From: a virus
Virus record (IMG/VR): IMGVR_UViG_3300045988_028099
Reading direction: 5' to 3' (one strand)
Length of the DNA: 18,954 bases
Position numbers and translations under genes: made by a program. Under the pieces are notes generated by a model that was given only the letters and a program-made list of their open reading frames with translations, ran no database searches and had not been told where the DNA came from. This document shows positions 13,075 to 18,954 of this stretch, one piece after another. Every line of letters begins with the position of its first letter. The first letter of the stretch is position 1.

Positions 13075-14778
13075 ATGGCAAACGATTACACCACCACCGA
13101 CAACTACAACCTCAATTTATACGGGGATAAAACGCCCGCCGATTTCCGCGACGGACACAATCAAAACATGCGGATACTCGACGGTGCAATACACACTGTC
13201 TCCGAAAATGCGAAAAATGCAGTAAAAACCGCCAATGCGGCAAAAGCCATAGCCGACAGTAACACGGAAAAACTCGAATCAATGGGCGTAACCGACACTA
13301 CTACTGGCGCGGCTTTTTTAAACCGTGTCGGCACTATCGAATCGCACGTAACTCATGACAACGAAGTGCTGGGAGCACTCTTGACGTCAAACAACGTAGA
13401 CAATGCTAATAGGGCAAGAAATGCTTTAGAACGAGTCAATGTCGCTTACGCGCTGAATCTTGACACGACGGGCGCGACTGATATTTCCCCATCACTACAA
13501 CTGGCAGCCGCAAATTCTTCGACATATTATTGGTATTTCCCGGCGGGCGTGTATCGTATCGATTCGGAAGTTGTCTTAAAGCGAGACACGACTTTGCCGT
13601 GGCGCATCGAATGCGCTTCGGGGGCATACTTTATCACAAAGAGTACGACGCCGTTCAACGCATTTTTCACATTCAGTGAAACTGATTCAAAGAATGAAAC
13701 CGGTTTAATGCCGTTTGAGGGGGAAGAATACTTTACCGGTGGCACGTTCGATTGCAACGGTATCGTGAACAGCGCGGTAAGGTTGGAACGTTATCATTCC
13801 ACCGCGCGAAACATACTCGTTTACAACGCTCGAAAAGTTGGATTGTTCGGCAGTTTCATTAACAATTTTATCGACTGCACCATTCTCGAAAGAAATATGA
13901 AGACGGAAGATGTAACCGGCATTGAATGCTCTTACGACTCTTACGTTTCCGGCTGTAAGATTTTTTGGTGCAAGACTGGCATCAACTGTGGCGGCAATAC
14001 TCGCATCATCGGAAACAACATTTGGTCAGGAATGCGAGAAGACCAAACAACAGGCGTTTTTTTAAAACGGAATGCGAACCATGTTACTATCCTCAACAAT
14101 TATTTCGACACACTTAACCTTGCGGTTGACGCAAGAACTACCACCAACTGCAACGGACATATCGACGATAATCTCATGTTCTATTCCGGCACCCCGGGTT
14201 ACAACGAACTTGATTATGTTGGAGTGAAGATCGAAGCATGGAGCCATATTGTCACTAGCAACTCGTATAGCAATTACAAAAATGGTCGAATCGTTTTCGG
14301 TACAGTCCCAGCTTACGTTGACACGTCCATTGATCTCAACAACGTATGCAACGATCAGTACGAAATGCAACGAATGCCGCTAAACCCCCGCTGTCTCAGT
14401 GGAATGAAAGAAGAAGAAGTAATCATCTACCCGAAAACCGAGCGAACAAACGGAACCGTCTACACGTTTGGGTGGGTACTCGCAGCACAAAGTTACACGT
14501 CAGAGTACGAACTGTACAACAATCAAAATCAAGCAAGGCGATTTACTGTTTCCTCGCAAGGCATCCAATGGGCTGACGCGAACGGGGAATCACCTTACGG
14601 GGTTGGTACGCTATCATTGGGGTCAGAGCTGGTAAAAGATCCGTCGACTGGTTTGGGATGGTTCCCGTTGCAATTCACCAGCACTATCGACGCTACCACA
14701 GATTCGACTGGCACTCTCTGGTGCAGGCGGATTCATGGAATGAAGATCGCCTTACAGCCAATCAACAGAAAGGAATAA
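13075..14778 (+). CDS. Tailspike / pre-neck appendage-like protein with predicted right-handed beta-helix (567 aa)
   Basis: It occupies the gp12 position. It has an N-terminal anchor motif plus a short coiled coil, then a pectate-lyase-type signature (GATDISPSLQLAAANSSTYYWYFPAGVYRI) and repeated hydrophobic/Asn-Gly rungs. Confidence 0.7.
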   Translation: MANDYTTTDNYNLNLYGDKTPADFRDGHNQNMRILDGAIHTVSENAKNAVKTANAAKAIADSNTEKLESMGVTDTTTGAAFLNRVGTIESHVTHDNEVLGALLTSNNVDNANRARNALERVNVAYALNLDTTGATDISPSLQLAAANSSTYYWYFPAGVYRIDSEVVLKRDTTLPWRIECASGAYFITKSTTPFNAFFTFSETDSKNETGLMPFEGEEYFTGGTFDCNGIVNSAVRLERYHSTARNILVYNARKVGLFGSFINNFIDCTILERNMKTEDVTGIECSYDSYVSGCKIFWCKTGINCGGNTRIIGNNIWSGMREDQTTGVFLKRNANHVTILNNYFDTLNLAVDARTTTNCNGHIDDNLMFYSGTPGYNELDYVGVKIEAWSHIVTSNSYSNYKNGRIVFGTVPAYVDTSIDLNNVCNDQYEMQRMPLNPRCLSGMKEEEVIIYPKTERTNGTVYTFGWVLAAQSYTSEYELYNNQNQARRFTVSSQGIQWADANGESPYGVGTLSLGSELVKDPSTGLGWFPLQFTSTIDATTDSTGTLWCRRIHGMKIALQPINRKE

Positions 14779-14809
14779 TGAACAACCAAAACATGCGCGA
14801 CATCTAATA

Positions 14810-14841
14810 ATAGCCATATCCTACAATAAGGATATGGCTAT
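14810..14841 (+). promoter_or_regulatory. 12-bp stem-loop that encloses the SD and start codon of the tail lysin gene
   Basis: atagccatatcc-tacaataa-ggatatggctat. The SD aagga spans the last two loop bases (14828-14829) and the first three bases of the 3' arm (14830-14832). ATG 14834-14836 is in the 3' arm. Confidence 0.5.
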
Positions 14842-16048
14842 TACTTTTACACAATGGATAGATCAGACGAAAAACCGCTACTGGGACATGGACGGCGCAT
14901 ACGGCGCGCAATGCTGGGACTTATGGGCAAAATACAGTATGGACATGTACGCTATGTCAATACAGGATTGCATTACCCCCACCGGCTATGCAGGTGGATT
15001 GTATACGTCATACCCGGTATCCGCAAGGTGCGAGCAAGTGTACGAGCGCATTCCCGCAAGCGGATACTCTCCCGTGGCAGGGGATGTGGCAATATGGGGG
15101 TATAGCACTTATACTCCCTATACCCATGTTGCGATAGTCGCCGGGAATGAGGGTGTGAAAAACAACAGCATTTACATTATCACCCAAAACCCTGACGCAA
15201 GCGCACTCAAATGGTTTCCAACTGCCGGACTGTTAGGCTATCTACATCCCCGTACCATGCCAAAACCGGATTCGAGCAATCCCACCGGCAGTAACAATCA
15301 AGGACAGCTTGACGCAAAACGGGGCGGGGGGTGGATACACTGGCAAGGCGACAATCTCTACCTACATGAGACAGACAACAGCGGCGCAAAAACCCGTGTC
15401 TTCTACAAGACTACTGCCAATAATTTTTTCGAAAAGACGTCGCAATCGCAGCCGTCCGATAGTAGCGGCCAAGGGCACCCGTCAAGCTCAACGAGCGCGG
15501 AAAACTCGTATGCTCTGTATGTGGTCGGAACGGTGGAAGCCGGTTTGCGATGGGACGCGGTAGAAGCGGCGAACCTCCAAGGTATTGGCATAGCGCAATG
15601 GAGTTTCGGACGCCGCTTGCAAGTACTCAACGCAATGAAAGCTGCTGACCCGAACGGCTATAATATTTTCAAAACGGCGGCTCCCGAGATCTCGGCACTC
15701 ATGGAATCAGGCGGAACGTTCACGCGGAACCTTACCGCCGTAGAGGCGGCGGCATTCCGAACATGGGCGGCACGCAATGAATCTCATGAGGGGCAGCGCA
15801 AGCAGTTTGCGGAAGACTATGCGGGATATCCAAAGGAATACGAAGATAATAAAATGCAGATCTTGTGGGTCACGGCATATCATCAATCCCCCGCTAACGC
15901 CTTGAAAGTACCGAAAGCTTCTAATCTAGCGCAGCTCAAAAACAATATTTTGAGCACGTATCCGTTTCAACCTTACGTGAGCCGATACAATCAGGCGTAT
16001 TCGCTGCTGTCTGTGTGGGATGGAAAGTCGAATCCGCCAGCATTTTAA
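14834..16048 (+). CDS. Tail-associated peptidoglycan hydrolase: N-terminal CHAP domain plus C-terminal lysozyme-like (gp13 N-domain-like) region (404 aa)
   Basis: CHAP signature DGAYGAQCWDLW ... THVAIV. A low-complexity S/P/G linker follows. The C-terminal VEAGLRWDAVEAANLQGIGIAQWSFGRR resembles the phi29 gp13 lysozyme-like block (QSES...GFGLVQWT). It occupies the gp13 position. Confidence 0.75.
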   Translation: MAITFTQWIDQTKNRYWDMDGAYGAQCWDLWAKYSMDMYAMSIQDCITPTGYAGGLYTSYPVSARCEQVYERIPASGYSPVAGDVAIWGYSTYTPYTHVAIVAGNEGVKNNSIYIITQNPDASALKWFPTAGLLGYLHPRTMPKPDSSNPTGSNNQGQLDAKRGGGWIHWQGDNLYLHETDNSGAKTRVFYKTTANNFFEKTSQSQPSDSSGQGHPSSSTSAENSYALYVVGTVEAGLRWDAVEAANLQGIGIAQWSFGRRLQVLNAMKAADPNGYNIFKTAAPEISALMESGGTFTRNLTAVEAAAFRTWAARNESHEGQRKQFAEDYAGYPKEYEDNKMQILWVTAYHQSPANALKVPKASNLAQLKNNILSTYPFQPYVSRYNQAYSLLSVWDGKSNPPAF

Positions 16049-16052
16049 AGTG

Positions 16053-16061
16053 TGATATAAT
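16053..16061 (+). promoter_or_regulatory. Extended -10 promoter TGaTATAAT
   Basis: gtgatataat at 16052-16061, directly after the tail lysin stop codon. Confidence 0.5.
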
Positions 16062-16110
16062 GGGCAATGTCGGCATATGATGCTTTCCCTTGAGCCGACC
16101 GTAACTACAC

Positions 16111-16155
16111 GGGGAGCGTAACGGTGGTCATGACGTTACGCTCCCCATTATTCTT
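16111..16155 (+). terminator. Strong intrinsic terminator
   Basis: 13-bp stem ggggagcgtaacg / cgttacgctcccc, 10-nt loop, then attattctt. It lies 15 nt before the ATPase SD gggagg. Confidence 0.8.
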
Positions 16156-16169
16156 AGGGAGGTGAGCAC

Positions 16170-17237
16170 ATGACGCTACAGACATTGGCCGAAGACGATT
16201 ACTACGACTTGCACAATCTGCTCACCCGAAACGCGCCATGGAATTTCATTATCGGAGCACGAGGACTAGGCAAAACCTTCGCCGCAAAACGATACGGCAT
16301 CAAGGAATATATTAAACACGGTCACGAGTTCATCTATCTTCGTCGCACGGACGTGGAACAGCACCGGAAGGAAACCTTTTTCAAAGATATCCAAGAGTTT
16401 TTCCCCTCGTATGAGTTTCGCGTGAATGGTGAAAAAGGACAGATTCATAAGACGTCATGGGATGAAAAGGACTGGAGGACATGCTGTTATTTCGTCGCCC
16501 TCTCGCAGGCGGGCGGATTGAAGTCAGTGGCCTATCCAAAAGTGCATCTCATTATTTTTGACGAGATTTTCCCAGACAACCTACGGTTCCTCAGCAACGA
16601 AGTAAATTCGTTCAGCGAGTTCTACAATACGGTAGACAGGTGGCAGGATAGGACAAAAGTTCTATTCCTGAGCAATGCCGTGCAGAAAGCAAATCCATAT
16701 TTTGCGAAATATAGGCTCGACATTGGCGCACAGCAAGCGAACCAGCAGCAATACAAGTTGTATTGCGGTGGTTTCGTATGTCTGGAATTGGCTGATTACG
16801 GCGGATTCAGTGCGAAAGTCGCCAAGTCAAAGTTCGGACGGTTCCTTGAGCAGTACGACGGAGACTATGCGGATTATGCAATACGCAATAAATTCCGTGA
16901 CGAATCGGACACGCTGCTAGCCCCCATCCCTACAGACAGCGAACTGTCCTACATTTTGGACACCACCGACTATGCGCGTTTCGGCATATGGGTTTCCGTG
17001 TCCGAACGCGATGGCCACGTTTCACAATATGTTTCACGGCGCATACCCAAAGACAACACCAGACCCGTATACACGTTAGACCCCAATCATGTAGACGAAA
17101 AAACATGGTACGTCAAAAAATCAGACGACATCATACGACGACTCACCACCGGTTACCGGCTAGGTAAAATAAGATTCGATGATTCACAAGTAAAAGCCGA
17201 TTTTGGCTTGATCATAGGAGAATTACTAGGAAAGTAA
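16170..17237 (+). CDS. DNA encapsidation (packaging) ATPase, phi29 gp16-like (355 aa)
   Basis: NFIIGARGLGKTFAAKRYGIKEYIKHGHEFIYLRR matches NFVIGARGIGKSYAMKVYPINRFIKYGEQFIYVRR (Walker A). Walker B is HLIIFDE. LSNAV is conserved. Confidence 0.93.
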   Translation: MTLQTLAEDDYYDLHNLLTRNAPWNFIIGARGLGKTFAAKRYGIKEYIKHGHEFIYLRRTDVEQHRKETFFKDIQEFFPSYEFRVNGEKGQIHKTSWDEKDWRTCCYFVALSQAGGLKSVAYPKVHLIIFDEIFPDNLRFLSNEVNSFSEFYNTVDRWQDRTKVLFLSNAVQKANPYFAKYRLDIGAQQANQQQYKLYCGGFVCLELADYGGFSAKVAKSKFGRFLEQYDGDYADYAIRNKFRDESDTLLAPIPTDSELSYILDTTDYARFGIWVSVSERDGHVSQYVSRRIPKDNTRPVYTLDPNHVDEKTWYVKKSDDIIRRLTTGYRLGKIRFDDSQVKADFGLIIGELLGK

Positions 17238-17248
17238 GGAGACAATTA

Positions 17249-17620
17249 ATGACAATGACGGCAACGGACGTGTGGTGTGTGTTCGCAGTAGTCTTTTTTA
17301 TCATTGTGGACTATGTGACAGGCATTGCAAAAGCCATCTTACAAGATACGCTCAGCTCCCAGAAAATGCGACAAGGATTATGGCACAAGTTCGCCTATCT
17401 CATGTTAACCTTGGTAGCCTATTTTATCGACATGATCAATTTACACGTAGATCTCGGATTGCCGGTCAGCGTATTTGTGTGTACCGTAGGTGGTATTAGT
17501 CTCATCGAGCTTACCTCAATTCTAGAAAACATTACCGCAATCAATCCCGAGCTGGCGGACGCCCCATTTATGAGTGTGTTCGCACAAAACAGCACCCCAA
17601 AACACAGGAAGGAAAACTAA
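17249..17620 (+). CDS. Holin (123 aa, Phage_holin_4-like)
   Basis: SD aaggag 7 nt upstream. It has three hydrophobic helices, the VDYVTGIAKA motif typical of this holin family, and a charged C-terminal tail. It lies immediately upstream of the endolysin. Confidence 0.8.
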   Translation: MTMTATDVWCVFAVVFFIIVDYVTGIAKAILQDTLSSQKMRQGLWHKFAYLMLTLVAYFIDMINLHVDLGLPVSVFVCTVGGISLIELTSILENITAINPELADAPFMSVFAQNSTPKHRKEN

Positions 17621-17621
17621 C

Positions 17622-18299
17622 ATGAATATTCAGGAATGGATGAACAGCGTTGACGGCAAAGTAATAGACATGGACGGCGCATACGGTGGGCAATGCTGGG
17701 ATTTATGGAGTTCCTATGCCCGAAACGTCTACGGCATCCCAGCAGCCGACACCAACACCGTAGACGGATACGCCGCAAGCGTCTACACCGCACGATACGA
17801 CCGCTCACAAGTATTGCAAAACACGTTCAGCCGCGAGGGTGCCGACTACGCACCAACTTACGGTGACGTGGCATTTTGGAACGGCGCGGGCATGAATCAT
17901 GTCGCCATCGTAGTTGAAGACAATGGTAACGGCACTTTGTCCACCATGTCACAGAATCCAAACAAGACCGGATACGTGACGATCAGCAAGAACGGCATTA
18001 TCGGTTACTTCCATCCACGCACGGCAAACACGCCCACACCGACACCGGCACAAGGTAACGTGACCATCATCCCGCGCACGTACAAGGTCAACGTTGACGT
18101 ACTCAACGTACGCTCGGCACCGTCAACCTCAGCACAAGTAGTAGCACAATACCATTACGGACAAACCGTCAATCTCGCCGAAGGCGGCGTGGTCACAGAC
18201 GGATACATTTGGGCACACTACATAGGCGGCTCAGGAGCCACTAGGTACGTAGCACTCGCACCCGCCGACAAATCAGCATGGTACCTCGTATTTGCCTAA
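17622..18299 (+). CDS. Endolysin: CHAP domain, Thr/Pro linker, SH3b-type cell-wall-binding domain (225 aa)
   Basis: ATG 17622 follows aggaagga and lies 1 nt after the holin stop. The track start at 17574 overlaps the holin. Signatures are DGAYGGQCWDLW ... NHVAIV, linker TANTPTPTPAQG, and an SH3b pattern YKVNVDVLNVRSAPSTSAQVV...GYIWAHY. Confidence 0.9.
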   Translation: MNIQEWMNSVDGKVIDMDGAYGGQCWDLWSSYARNVYGIPAADTNTVDGYAASVYTARYDRSQVLQNTFSREGADYAPTYGDVAFWNGAGMNHVAIVVEDNGNGTLSTMSQNPNKTGYVTISKNGIIGYFHPRTANTPTPTPAQGNVTIIPRTYKVNVDVLNVRSAPSTSAQVVAQYHYGQTVNLAEGGVVTDGYIWAHYIGGSGATRYVALAPADKSAWYLVFA

Positions 18300-18313
18300 C
18301 ATGACAGCATAAA

Positions 18314-18346
18314 ATAAGCCCCTAGGTTACTTACCTAGGGGCTTAT
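18314..18346. terminator. Bidirectional terminator hairpin between the convergent endolysin and right-terminal genes
   Basis: Perfect 13-bp stem ataagcccctagg / cctaggggcttat with a 7-nt loop. On the minus strand it is followed by tttat. Confidence 0.7.
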
Positions 18347-18355
18347 CCTTACCTA

Positions 18356-18556
18356 TCACGCCTCCTCGAACGCTTCAATAAAATCATCATTCGGAAACGA
18401 ATCACAATCGTTATAATCCTCGATAGTCATACCATTAACCACCGCCACATGATGCAGATTCTCAACAATTGCGTCGATATCAAAATCGGAGAGCTGCTGA
18501 CCACTGTTCAGAATATAATCCTCGGCGTAGTCCTTGATGATGCTATTGTTAATCAT
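18356..18556 (-). CDS. Small, very acidic protein (66 aa); the only leftward gene, expressed from the right ITR
   Basis: The ATG is preceded by the ITR copy of the SD cassette. I counted 16 D/E, 1 K and 0 R. A hairpin follows the gene. Confidence 0.75.
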   Translation of the reverse strand: MINNSIIKDYAEDYILNSGQQLSDFDIDAIVENLHHVAVVNGMTIEDYNDCDSFPNDDFIEAFEEA

Positions 18557-18590
18557 TTTATTTTTTCCTTTCCTTGAAGTTGATAGTTAT

Positions 18591-18599
18591 ATAATAACA
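18591..18599 (-). promoter_or_regulatory. Candidate extended -10 promoter for the right terminal gene (mirror of 356-364)
   Basis: The reverse complement of ataataaca is TGTTATTAT. It is part of the ITR. Confidence 0.4.
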
Positions 18600-18812
18600 C
18601 AAACAAACAGACGACACGCCCGAAAACAAAACGAAGCAAAAAAATAAAAGACAACTACCAACCGGTCGGTAAGCTACGGTTACGTAACCGTAACTTAGCG
18701 ATAATTAGACAACATGAGTTAACCCAGTTAATCAATGACTATATGAATTGTTGCACATACAACCATTGACACAGTGTCAATAAAAAAAATATGCGACACG
18801 CCGTAAAAAAAT

Positions 18813-18841
18813 TTGACAGGACGGCGTAAAAAAAATATAAT
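18813..18841 (+). promoter_or_regulatory. Outward-facing consensus promoter in the right ITR (mirror copy)
   Basis: TTGACA at 18813-18818, 17-nt spacer ggacggcgtaaaaaaaa, TATAAT at 18836-18841. The predicted start near 18848 runs to the genome end (about 107 nt). Confidence 0.6.
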
Positions 18842-18954
18842 AGAGGAGTAAACACAACAAAGTGACAACGGGGTCACAGAACAAAAAAAAATAATACACA
18901 AATAAAAAAAACCACAAGGGAAAATCTTCACACAAACCCACACCCCTCCCAACA

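Larger units (their letters stand above)
18552..18954. repeat. Right inverted terminal repeat (ITR)
   Basis: Reverse complement of 1-402 with one extra A in the A-run. The repeat runs through the promoter, Shine-Dalgarno and ATG+2 nt of the terminal gene at each end. Confidence 0.95.

Noticed and set aside
17574-17621. Upstream extension of the endolysin ORF overlapping the holin
   Set aside because: ATG 17622 has an SD (aggaagga) and starts 1 nt after the holin stop. The CHAP domain alignment with the tail lysin begins right after this Met.
1-18954. tRNA genes, CRISPR arrays, integrase/repressor (lysogeny) module, transposase/IS elements
   Set aside because: I saw no cloverleaf-like sequences in the short intergenic regions, no spaced direct repeats, and no ORFs with recombinase or HTH-repressor signatures. 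Gene content fits a small virulent phage.

Overview
The window appears to be a complete 18,954-bp linear genome of a phi29-like (picovirus-type, protein-primed) podophage. The lysis genes suggest a Gram-positive host. The ends are about 402-bp inverted terminal repeats (ITRs) that are identical except for one A-run indel. All genes but one read left to right. The early/replication module (398-5985) holds small ORFans, a tentative p6-like dsDNA-binding protein, a p5-like SSB, a basic putative terminal protein and a family-B protein-primed DNA polymerase. The late module (6217-16048) holds scaffold, major capsid protein with Ig-like C-terminus, gp9-like tail knob, gp10-like connector, lower collar, a beta-helix tailspike/appendage and a tail-associated CHAP plus lysozyme-like hydrolase. 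It is followed by a gp16-like packaging ATPase, a holin and a CHAP-SH3b endolysin, then one leftward small acidic gene driven from the right ITR. I see no integrase, repressor, tRNA or CRISPR. The points most worth follow-up are listed here. (1) A promoter- and terminator-bounded, ORF-free unit of about 170 nt lies between the polymerase and scaffold genes and is a candidate structured RNA, possibly a pRNA analogue. (2) A perfect consensus TTGACA-17-TATAAT promoter in each ITR fires outward toward the protein-capped genome end. (3) A promoter-leader-terminator cassette sits directly upstream of the ATPase-holin-endolysin genes. (4) The two ends carry mirrored modules (ITR signals, small acidic ORF, same terminator stem), suggesting an older, longer ITR whose coding part has diverged. 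(5) The DNA polymerase has a shortened exonuclease domain with non-canonical Exo I/Exo III positions and a YANTDG motif C. (6) A stand-alone 56-codon copy of the tail-fibre N-terminal anchor motif lies just upstream of, and in frame with, the tailspike gene. All homology statements rest on by-eye comparison with phi29 protein sequences recalled from memory. No searches were run.
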